32,000 bases of DNA from Balneola sp. (GTDB lineage: Bacteria > Bacteroidota > Rhodothermia > Balneolales > Balneolaceae), in NCBI GenBank assembly GCA_965267565.1, contig OZ254085.1, forward strand, positions 368,605 through 400,604. Direction: 5' to 3'. Position 1 is the first letter of the stretch. Every line of letters begins with the position of its first letter. Shown in pieces: positions 1 to 7,709 of this stretch. Under the pieces are notes generated by a model. It did not search any database and had not been told where the DNA came from. It was given only the letters and a program-made list of their open reading frames with translations. The position numbers and the translations under genes are program-made.

Positions 1-1
1 G

Positions 2-1225
2 GGAGTGTTCGTATTCTTTTTTGGTGATATAGCAGCTGATTCCCGTTACAATGATCCCCTCCCGGATACACTTGATGTGAGCGGTCAGGAATTTAACGGA
101 ACAGCCGGAGAAGTGGACTTTGGTGTTACCTACACAGCTGATGCTGATACCGGATGGAATCTGGTTGGTAATCCATTTGGTGCTACCATTGATTGGGATG
201 ACTCTCCTAACTGGACTAAAACGAATATTGAATCCACTATTTATATCTGGGATCCGGCTGCTAACGGAGGTAATGGCGAATATTTAACATGGAATGGAGT
301 AACAGGAACATTAGGAAGTGGACTCATCCCTCCTTTTCAGGGATTCTGGATTAAAGCCTCGGCCACAAGTCCGGAGTTGAAAGTTACCACTGATGCAAAA
401 ACGACCGGAGGTTCATTTCTTAGAAAAGAAGTTCAAAGTCAATCTCAATTTGATGAACCAACTTTTGAATTAGAGTTATCTGCAAACGGACTTCAAAAAA
501 CAGCCAGTTTTGTATTTACAGATAACGGGAAAAAAGGAAAAGATCCATTTGATGCCTTTGAATTACTTCCGCTAACCAACAATCGGCTTGAAATCTTTAG
601 CTTGCTTGGCGACAACACCCCACTTGTAATTAATAACCTACCCAGAGAACTTACTAATCGACTTATAATTCCTGTGGGTGTTAATGGGTTTCAAAATGGT
701 TTACCTATAAGTGGCGATTATTTACTTAGAGCTATTAATTTTGATAACATTCCGGATGAATGGCTTATCATTTTAACTGATAACGATACAGGTGAACAAA
801 TTGATTTAAGAATACAGGAAGAATACGATTTCTTCCACACTACTCGAGGAAAGGCAAAAGTTGCAAAACCTAACACTCAAAGAAAAGTAGTGAGTTCGCA
901 ATCATCAAATACGCGCTTTACGCTCAAAATCACTACTGAAGAAATTGAAGCCAACATACCCGAAACTGCTTTTTTATCTCAAAACTACCCAAACCCTTTT
1001 AACCCTGAAACAACCATTCCATTTGGCATTGATGTAGATTCAGATGTTACTCTTGAGGTATTCGATATCCTTGGCAGAAAAGTCAGTACAGTAATTAATC
1101 GTCGGTTAACTGCCGGAACTTATAATATCAATTTCCAAGCTCAGAACTTAGCAAGCGGAGTATACTTCTATAGACTTACTACCGAATCAAAAGTATTCAT
1201 AGAAAAACTTACACTCATAAAGTAA
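2..1225 (+). CDS. secreted protein, 5'-truncated by the window edge, with T9SS (Por) type-A C-terminal sorting domain
   Basis: The reading frame is open to the window start, so the GTG at 5 is unlikely to be the true start. The last ~80 aa (about nt 980-1222) show the T9SS CTD pattern: LSQNYPNPFNPETTIPF ... VTLEVFDILGRKV ... LASGVYFYRLTTES ... KLTLIK. Confidence 0.8.
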   Translation, partial: GVFVFFFGDIAADSRYNDPLPDTLDVSGQEFNGTAGEVDFGVTYTADADTGWNLVGNPFGATIDWDDSPNWTKTNIESTIYIWDPAANGGNGEYLTWNGVTGTLGSGLIPPFQGFWIKASATSPELKVTTDAKTTGGSFLRKEVQSQSQFDEPTFELELSANGLQKTASFVFTDNGKKGKDPFDAFELLPLTNNRLEIFSLLGDNTPLVINNLPRELTNRLIIPVGVNGFQNGLPISGDYLLRAINFDNIPDEWLIILTDNDTGEQIDLRIQEEYDFFHTTRGKAKVAKPNTQRKVVSSQSSNTRFTLKITTEEIEANIPETAFLSQNYPNPFNPETTIPFGIDVDSDVTLEVFDILGRKVSTVINRRLTAGTYNINFQAQNLASGVYFYRLTTESKVFIEKLTLIK

Positions 1226-1309
1226 TTTCGGAAATTTTAAAGCACATTAGAACGTTCTTATTAAAAAGAATTAACTGGTTTTTTTTAATTATATGTGCAA
1301 TCATTAAGT

Positions 1310-1813
1310 ATGAAAAATATAGTCATAGCAATCTTCTTAATAGTATTTTCAAGCCAACATTTATACGGTCAGGAACAGGACATTCAGGTTTCAGGAGATG
1401 TAAGAGTAAATGCAAATGTGGTTTCGAGTATTGATTTGATCACAGTCCAGTCTATGACGTTTGGAAACGTTCAACCTGGTCAACAAGAAATTTATATCAA
1501 TCCTATCAACAGTATTAACGCTGGCTTCATGATAGCGACAGGAAATCCCGAAGCATCTTTCAGATTAACTTATTTACCTGAAATAGTTCTAACCCAAGTA
1601 GATGGTACCTCAACCTTAACTTTCACATACGAAATATCAGGTAATTCTATAGAGAATCAATCTACTTCCGAATTATTAGACACCGATAACAGATCGATTC
1701 AGTTTAGTCTTGAAGGCAGGTACTATTTTTGGATCGGCGGTAGAATAAATATTACAAATGCAGCTCCCGGTAATTATGAAGGAGACTTTACAATAGAGAT
1801 AGACTATATATAA
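1310..1813 (+). CDS. secreted fibre/pilin-like subunit, paralog 1 (DUF4402-like by motif)
   Basis: Signal peptide MKNIVIAIFLIVFSSQHLYG/QE. The start is moved from GTG 1295 to ATG 1310. It shares two motifs with the next three ORFs: N-proximal QSMTFGNV, and the C-terminal YYFWIGGRINITNAAPGNYEGDFTIEIDYI-stop. Confidence 0.65.
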   Translation: MKNIVIAIFLIVFSSQHLYGQEQDIQVSGDVRVNANVVSSIDLITVQSMTFGNVQPGQQEIYINPINSINAGFMIATGNPEASFRLTYLPEIVLTQVDGTSTLTFTYEISGNSIENQSTSELLDTDNRSIQFSLEGRYYFWIGGRINITNAAPGNYEGDFTIEIDYI

Positions 1814-1852
1814 TATCTGCATCATATACCCAATACCAGTTTCGGTAATCTT

Positions 1853-2509
1853 ATGAAAAGCATTTTACTACATATCTTTTCATCTCTAAGAAGCATTAAG
1901 AATTTAAAGTTCATTGCTTCAATCAGTCTTATTTTTTCTGTGATTTCAGGATCAAATAACTCATCATCTTTTGTTTCTGCACAAGAAATCAATTTTGGAC
2001 AATACAGCAGTGCTTACAGCATTACATTATCAGAATTTATTCCTTCTGAGGACCTGGATTTTGGAACATTGATTCAGAATCAAGGACCTGCCTTAATTGA
2101 TTTGGTAAATGCAAAAGTTCTTACCCTTGAAGGTGTTAAATACCTGGATGTAATTGTTGATATCACTGCTGATAATTACTTATTACTGAACGGTGATTTA
2201 GGATGTGAAACAGATCCCACATGCAGAATACCATTTACTTTACAAGCTGCATATGCAAACAGAGGAAATAACAATGTAAATGAGTCCGTAAATATCTCTG
2301 TACTATCCAACGTAGCAACCGCTCAATTCCAAATATTAGAAAGAACCGACGGTCCTCCGGGCCCACCTCCTACTCCGGTCTATGAGGGTTATGATCCAAG
2401 CGTGTTCAATGAAACCGCCTATTTGTATATATATGGATCAGTAAACGTTGGGAATGTTGACGCTGGAAGTTACTCCTCGAGCATATCCGTTACCATAAAT
2501 TATGATTAG
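1853..2509 (+). CDS. secreted fibre/pilin-like subunit, paralog 2 (largest; Cys pair and poly-Pro insert)
   Basis: N-terminal hydrophobic leader ending VSA/QE. Family motifs EDLDFGTLIQNQG and AYLYIYGSVNVGNVDAGSYSSSISVTINYD-stop are present. Extra segments are GCETDPTC and GPPGPPPTP. Confidence 0.6.
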   Translation: MKSILLHIFSSLRSIKNLKFIASISLIFSVISGSNNSSSFVSAQEINFGQYSSAYSITLSEFIPSEDLDFGTLIQNQGPALIDLVNAKVLTLEGVKYLDVIVDITADNYLLLNGDLGCETDPTCRIPFTLQAAYANRGNNNVNESVNISVLSNVATAQFQILERTDGPPGPPPTPVYEGYDPSVFNETAYLYIYGSVNVGNVDAGSYSSSISVTINYD

Positions 2510-3035
2510 GTCAGCCATATTCATATTGATTAGCTCAATGTGGGTATTACTTAATCTGACCCCTGCAAATAGCCAGTTTATCAATCTCAGGCTTAAAATT
2601 GAACCGGAACTTAATGTAACCATTGAACAGTCACTTGATTTCGGTGAAGTTGTTACAAATTCAGGATACACGGAGGTTGAGCTTGGCGATGTAAGAATGG
2701 GGGTTTTTTCAATCAGAGCCTATTACACACAAAATATACAGATTTCAATGTCTGTTCCGGATGAACTTACAAATATTAATCCGGCCATAACTGATGAGAT
2801 TCCTTTGGAATTAGAGGCTTCTTATAATAATTCAGGTGTAAATGATATTAGTAAAGCCGTTCCTCTATCCGATAATCAGGGTATGATTTTAATATATGAA
2901 GGGGAAGAAAACGCTCCTCGACCAAATGATGTTTGGCAGGAAATGTTTTTATATGTGTATGGCGGAATAGATGTAGGGAATATACCAACAGGTACATACA
3001 CAGCAGAGGTAGTTGTGAGTGTTACCTATGAATAG
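2502..3035 (+). CDS. secreted fibre/pilin-like subunit, paralog 3
   Basis: The ATG overlaps the upstream stop by 8 nt, suggesting translational coupling. Leader is MIRSAIFILISSMWVLLNLTPANS/QF. Family motifs are QSLDFGEVVTNSG and MFLYVYGGIDVGNIPTGTYTAEVVVSVTYE-stop. Confidence 0.65.
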   Translation: MIRSAIFILISSMWVLLNLTPANSQFINLRLKIEPELNVTIEQSLDFGEVVTNSGYTEVELGDVRMGVFSIRAYYTQNIQISMSVPDELTNINPAITDEIPLELEASYNNSGVNDISKAVPLSDNQGMILIYEGEENAPRPNDVWQEMFLYVYGGIDVGNIPTGTYTAEVVVSVTYE

Positions 3036-3082
3036 GACTTTTCCTATCAAAACATTAGAAGATCTTCATTAAAACACTCTAA

Positions 3083-3113
3083 TTGGAAACACAGTGTATA
3101 GTCTTTAGCTTTG
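3083..3113 (+). promoter_or_regulatory. candidate Bacteroidota-type promoter (TTG, ~20 nt spacer, TAGCTTTG = TAnnTTTG) for the subunit gene at 3154
   Basis: TTG at 3083-3085 and TAGCTTTG at 3106-3113 lie ~40 nt upstream of the ATG, inside the only long gap (118 nt) of the subunit block. Such octamers occur by chance in AT-rich DNA. Confidence 0.3.
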
Positions 3114-3153
3114 ATTAAAGAAATTCATAAAACTTCATTTAAAATTCAAAATC

Positions 3154-3705
3154 ATGAAAAATCTAAAATACATACTCGCTGCTTTGGTATTTGTTGCTTT
3201 TGCTAACACTACCGCTGTTGCACAGGAAACGCAGGATATTAATACTTCTGCTGTTATCCTTGCTGATATTGCCCTTACTTTCGTTTCTGATGTAAGTTTC
3301 GGTAACATTCAGGACACAGGTTCTCCTGTACTTGACCCTCAAGGTACTAATACTGCTGATGTTGGTGGTGGTGCTACTTTTGGAAAATTCTCTATTTCAG
3401 CTGCTAACTCTACTCAATTAGTTATTGACTGGGATCAGGCCACTGTTACTTTAAGTGATGGAACTAATTCTATGACTTTTACTCCTGATGTTTCAGCTAA
3501 TAGTACTGACGCTATTGCATCATCAAGTGATGTAACTAAAGCTACTGCAAACGCAGCTACAGAAACATCCGGTGCTGGTGCATTGTTTGTTTACGTTGGT
3601 GGGAATTTAGGTACACTTTCAGGTCAGGCAGCAGGTACTTACACTTCTGATAGTGGTACTGCAGGTGCTTCTGGTGATTTAACTTTCACTGTTAATTACC
3701 AGTAA
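3154..3705 (+). CDS. secreted fibre/pilin-like subunit, paralog 4; candidate major subunit
   Basis: Signal peptide MKNLKYILAALVFVAFANTTAVA/QE. The mature part is strongly T/S/A/G-rich. Family motifs are SDVSFGNIQDTG and ALFVYVGGNLGTLSGQAAGTYTS...GDLTFTVNYQ-stop. The ...YQ end resembles the C-termini of the classical chaperone-usher pilins FimA and PapA. The gene has its own upstream gap and a strong terminator directly downstream. Confidence 0.7.
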   Translation: MKNLKYILAALVFVAFANTTAVAQETQDINTSAVILADIALTFVSDVSFGNIQDTGSPVLDPQGTNTADVGGGATFGKFSISAANSTQLVIDWDQATVTLSDGTNSMTFTPDVSANSTDAIASSSDVTKATANAATETSGAGALFVYVGGNLGTLSGQAAGTYTSDSGTAGASGDLTFTVNYQ

Positions 3706-3728
3706 TTAATACTTTGATAGAATTAAAA

Positions 3729-3756
3729 GTCTCGTTTCCAACGGGACTTTTTTTTT
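3729..3756 (+). terminator. rho-independent terminator after the paralog-4 subunit gene
   Basis: GTCTCGT-TTCCA-ACGGGAC forms a 7-bp stem (one G-U pair) followed by a run of 9 T, 24 nt after the stop codon. Confidence 0.75.
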
Positions 3757-3773
3757 ATTAAAACTATCCGAAA

Positions 3774-3781
3774 TAAATTTG
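3774..3781 (+). promoter_or_regulatory. candidate -7 box TAAATTTG (TAnnTTTG) ahead of the chaperone-like gene
   Basis: The octamer matches the Bacteroidota -7 consensus and lies 49 nt upstream of ATG 3830, just after the terminator. No clear -33 TTG partner is present. Confidence 0.25.
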
Positions 3782-3829
3782 GTATTAATTCTTTACTTTA
3801 CTGCAATCATTTACAATAAAAAAGCAGTT

Positions 3830-4663
3830 ATGAAAATAAAAAGGGTTATAACGAGCGGCTTACTTTTGAGTATGATACTATCTGCGAGTCTTTTTTCGCA
3901 GGTGACCATTGCTCCTACAAATTTATTCCTTGATGATAACTCAAGGTTCGGAACATTTATGGTGATTAATAATTCGCAACAACCACAGGAAATCTCTATT
4001 GATTTCTTATTCGGATATTTTGACACCAACGAAAACGGCGACAAAAGTTTTGTCAGAGACAGTTCTGAAATTGAACAACAATATTCAATAGCAAGTAGCG
4101 TGAGGGCATTCCCTCAAAATTTTGTACTGCAAAGTGGCGATCGGCAAATTGTACGTTTGCGAATCAGTGCGCCACAGAATTTAGTTGATCAAACCTACTG
4201 GGCCCGGGTTAGAACTACTTCAACCCCTGAGAGCCCACCTTTAGAACTTGGAGCTTCTGAAACTGTGAATGCTCAAATTGGAGTTAAATTTGAACAAGTA
4301 ACAGGTTTATTCTACAAAGTTGGAGATACAAACACAGGGATAAACATAAATCAGATACGGACAAATTTGATTGATGAAAACACCATTCAAATTTTGTCTG
4401 ATTTTGAACGTACAGGGAATTCTCCCTTTTTGGGCACTGTAACTACTTCAATAATAAAAGATGGAAGAACAATCCGTACCTCTTCCCTTTCAACAAGCTT
4501 TTATTTTAATGGGACACATGGACATACTTTTAATATTGAAGATATGGAGCCCGGAAGTTATGAGATCAAAGTTGAATTTGTATCAGAGCGAAATGACATA
4601 TCAGATTCTGATTTAGTACAAATGACACCTTCAGTTTCAAGTACCACCGTTCAAATACAATAA
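3830..4663 (+). CDS. periplasmic pilus-assembly chaperone-like protein (PapD-like, divergent)
   Basis: The start is moved from TTG 3779 to ATG 3830. Signal peptide is MKIKRVITSGLLLSMILSASLFS/QV. The mature N-terminus VTIAPTNLFLDDNSRFGTFMVINNSQQPQEISIDF and the later segment FPQNFVLQSGDRQIVRLRISAP...QTYWARVRTTS follow the PapD_N strand pattern. Size and position, between the subunits and the large OM protein, also fit. Confidence 0.5.
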   Translation: MKIKRVITSGLLLSMILSASLFSQVTIAPTNLFLDDNSRFGTFMVINNSQQPQEISIDFLFGYFDTNENGDKSFVRDSSEIEQQYSIASSVRAFPQNFVLQSGDRQIVRLRISAPQNLVDQTYWARVRTTSTPESPPLELGASETVNAQIGVKFEQVTGLFYKVGDTNTGININQIRTNLIDENTIQILSDFERTGNSPFLGTVTTSIIKDGRTIRTSSLSTSFYFNGTHGHTFNIEDMEPGSYEIKVEFVSERNDISDSDLVQMTPSVSSTTVQIQ

Positions 4664-4699
4664 ATTTGAAAAAGTGCATACAACATAAAATTTTTATCT

Positions 4700-7684
4700 T
4701 TGAGAGATTGGTTCAAAATAGCAAAAGGATTATGCTTCATTCTCTTGTGTGTACTTCTAACACAGCCTGAAGCTATAGCTCAGAATACTTCTGATGAAAC
4801 TGAAGTATATCTCGAATTCAGGCACCGCGGTATTATTAACTCTGTTATCATCTCTTATTACAAAGATGATATTTTTTTCTTACCCGTTAACGAAATCTTC
4901 GACCTCCTCGATATAGAGAATAACCAGGATGGATTAACGATATCCGGGGATTTTTCATTAGAGCAAACCCCTTACGAAATAAATCTTCAGGATAATTTCA
5001 TAAGGTTTGGAGATAATCGATATCAAATCTCTTCAGAAGATTATTTAATCAAAGAAATAGACTATTACCTTAGACCCGGTTTATTCCTGGAAATATTTGA
5101 GTTAGAGTTCATGGTGGACTTCAGCAACCTTCGCCTGAATTTGGTCACTCAAAAAGAACTCCCGGTTGTCCAAAAAGTATTAAGAAATCAAAAAAGAAGA
5201 GTAGCTGATAATAACAGATTTTCTAACGAGAATTATGATTTAAAGTTTGCCCGCAAAAAACCCTTCATAGATGGAGGATTTGTAGACTATAACCTATCTG
5301 CAAACCTGTCCGATCAGATTAATATTTACAATTATAACAGTAATGTTGGATTACAGCTGTATGGAGGAGATCTTCAGGGTTCATTATTTGGAAGTTTTTC
5401 TGAAAACTTTTCCAATTTTGCTACTAATAATCTCCGCTGGAGAAGGTTTTTCAGGAACCAAAATCTTCTAACTAAGTTAACCATTGGTCAAACCCAAACA
5501 GATGGGGTTAACAGAAGCTCATACACAGGAATTCGTATTTCGAATGAACCTGTTGAGCCTCGTCTTCTGTTTGATGAATTTGAAGTTCAGGGAAGAACTT
5601 TACCCGAATCGGAAGTGGAGTTATATCTCAACAATGCATTGATAGACTTTCAGGTGTCTGATCAGGCTGGAAATTATCGGTTCTTAGCCCCTCTTACTTA
5701 TGGTTCAACACAATTGGATTTAAGAATTTATGGACCAACGGGGCAAATTATTGAAAGATCAAACCGTATTCAGGTTCCTTTTAACTTTCAGCCCGCAGGC
5801 GTTTTCAATTATGTTGCAAATATTGGGGAGCTCGATAATCCATTAATCGGTACAACAGATCGGGTATTAACTGCACAGGGTTCGGGATCATATGGTTTGT
5901 CTGAGTGGCTTACAGCAAAAGCAGGTATTGAATACTACGAGGGTTTTCATACATCAAGACCTACTTTTATTTCTTCTCTGTCGTCCAGAATTCTTACAAA
6001 TTATATTTTTACGCTTGAAGGCGCTACAGACGCTTTTTATCGATCAACTTTGAGCGCTATTTACCCAAATTCTGCAAGTTTTAATATAGATTTTATAGAC
6101 TATTCTTCCGGATTTAGTATTTATAACCCATCTAATGACGACAAAAGATTAAGTACTACTCTATTCTACCCTTTTACTTTTGGTTCAACCCCTTTTAATT
6201 TCAGAGTTTCTGCTTTTTCACGTTTTGGTGAAACATCCAATATTACCACATTCAGAGTGGATGCAAACTCACGTATTGACAAATTTAATTTCAGAGTCGG
6301 TTATACGGATCGCTATTTTGGTGAATTTGATATTTTGTCCCCAACAAGTTTATCGGCCATTGAAAACTCTGTTACTTATACCATTTCAAGAGGAAGAAAC
6401 ATTCCTTCTTATTTAAAGGGTACTTTTCTAAGAGCTCAAATGAGATATTTGCCTGTTCAAAAGGAAATTGAATCAGCTCAGTTTTTTATTTCGCGAAGTA
6501 TTTTCAAAAACGGAAGGTTTCAACTTTCAGTAGGCAGAAACTTCCTCAACCAATTCAGTTCGGTTAGATTTAGTTTCACCATAGATCTAAACAAAGTCAG
6601 ATCGAGCTCCAATTTCAGTTCAATAAGAGATAATTATAATATTACGCAAAACATCCGCGGTTCTGTTGGTTACGATACCAACTACAATAATTTCTTATTT
6701 ACCAGCCGTGAGCAAGTAGGAAGATCCGGCACTGCAGTAAGACTTTTTGTAGACAATAATAACAATGGGACTTTTGAAGAAGATGAAGACGATCCAATAA
6801 GTGAAAATGCTCTTCGGGTTACCAGATCCGGCGCCATGAACCACACAAAAAACGGCATTCTTTACTTCACCCAAATGCAGCCCTACTTCTATTACAACAT
6901 GGAATTAAATAAAGGCGCAATTAGAAATCCAATGTTGGTTCCGGAATTCGAAAACTTTGGATTGATTACTGATCCAAATCGCTTCAAAAAAGTAGAAATC
7001 CCTTTTTATATGTCAGGTGTGGTTGAAGGAACAGTAGAAAGATTATATGAAAATGGAAGACAATCAGGAATAGCAGGATTAAAAGTTTTGATTTCTTCTA
7101 ATGACGGAGACTTTTTGAAAGAAATCCGAACGTTCTCGGACGGTAGTTTTTATTCATTTGAAATACCTCCGGGAGACTATACAATCAGAGTTGATCAGAG
7201 TCAGTTAGAAATATTGGACGCAAAAGTACGCGACAGTCTTCCTACTTTTGAGGTGAGAGCAATTCCAGAAGGGGATTTTATTGAAGGTTTAAATATTGTA
7301 CTTGTTCCTGAAAACTTCGACGATTCGGATCTTGAAGTAGTTCGTGAAACTACCATTCTGGCTGATCTTGAGGGCAGTTCAGAACTACTCAATTTTGAAG
7401 CTGATTTACAGGATAAAGTGGACGAAACTCTACGCTTGATTGTTCAGGCTCAGAACGCCTTTTATAACAAAAATTTAAATCAAGCATTAGATTTTGTTAA
7501 TCAATCTTTGGAAATCTTTGAAACAGCCCAAGGATATGCCTTGAAAGGCAGTTTATTGTACTTAAAGGGTGATAAAGAAGAAGCTCAAAAAAGCTGGAAT
7601 ATGGCAACAAGATTTAATCCAGATATTTATATTCCTGAGGTAGAAACTTTGGACCAAATCATCAAAACAGAACCAGGCGATTAA
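4700..7684 (+). CDS. large outer-membrane protein in the usher position, with C-terminal CarboxypepD_reg-like beta-sandwich and TPR-like tail
   Basis: TTG start (uncertain) and signal peptide GLCFILLCVLLTQPEAIA/QN. The ~700-aa central region is rich in alternating aromatic/polar beta-strand patterns. About nt 7016-7310 encodes GVVEGTVERLYENGRQSGIAGLKVLISSNDGDFLKEIRTFSDGSFYSFEIPPGDYTIRVD. About nt 7429-7623 encodes a TPR-like helical tail. Confidence 0.5.
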   Translation: MRDWFKIAKGLCFILLCVLLTQPEAIAQNTSDETEVYLEFRHRGIINSVIISYYKDDIFFLPVNEIFDLLDIENNQDGLTISGDFSLEQTPYEINLQDNFIRFGDNRYQISSEDYLIKEIDYYLRPGLFLEIFELEFMVDFSNLRLNLVTQKELPVVQKVLRNQKRRVADNNRFSNENYDLKFARKKPFIDGGFVDYNLSANLSDQINIYNYNSNVGLQLYGGDLQGSLFGSFSENFSNFATNNLRWRRFFRNQNLLTKLTIGQTQTDGVNRSSYTGIRISNEPVEPRLLFDEFEVQGRTLPESEVELYLNNALIDFQVSDQAGNYRFLAPLTYGSTQLDLRIYGPTGQIIERSNRIQVPFNFQPAGVFNYVANIGELDNPLIGTTDRVLTAQGSGSYGLSEWLTAKAGIEYYEGFHTSRPTFISSLSSRILTNYIFTLEGATDAFYRSTLSAIYPNSASFNIDFIDYSSGFSIYNPSNDDKRLSTTLFYPFTFGSTPFNFRVSAFSRFGETSNITTFRVDANSRIDKFNFRVGYTDRYFGEFDILSPTSLSAIENSVTYTISRGRNIPSYLKGTFLRAQMRYLPVQKEIESAQFFISRSIFKNGRFQLSVGRNFLNQFSSVRFSFTIDLNKVRSSSNFSSIRDNYNITQNIRGSVGYDTNYNNFLFTSREQVGRSGTAVRLFVDNNNNGTFEEDEDDPISENALRVTRSGAMNHTKNGILYFTQMQPYFYYNMELNKGAIRNPMLVPEFENFGLITDPNRFKKVEIPFYMSGVVEGTVERLYENGRQSGIAGLKVLISSNDGDFLKEIRTFSDGSFYSFEIPPGDYTIRVDQSQLEILDAKVRDSLPTFEVRAIPEGDFIEGLNIVLVPENFDDSDLEVVRETTILADLEGSSELLNFEADLQDKVDETLRLIVQAQNAFYNKNLNQALDFVNQSLEIFETAQGYALKGSLLYLKGDKEEAQKSWNMATRFNPDIYIPEVETLDQIIKTEPGD

Positions 7685-7709
7685 GAAGGCGGCTTTAGCA
7701 CATAGTGCA

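Noticed and set aside
2-1225. The upstream T9SS-CTD protein as an eleventh component of the fibre/motor locus
   Set aside because: It is co-directional and only ~85 nt upstream. However, it is truncated in the window, uses a different secretion signal from the fibre subunits, and shows no motif shared with them. Linkage cannot be judged from this window.
1295-3829. Track start codons GTG 1295 and TTG 3779 (and GTG 25717 for alkB)
   Set aside because: In-frame ATGs at 1310, 3830 and 25720 begin canonical signal-peptide or N-terminal sequences (MKNIV..., MKIKRV..., MKVYRY...). The upstream extensions add non-signal-like residues. The choice remains unverified.
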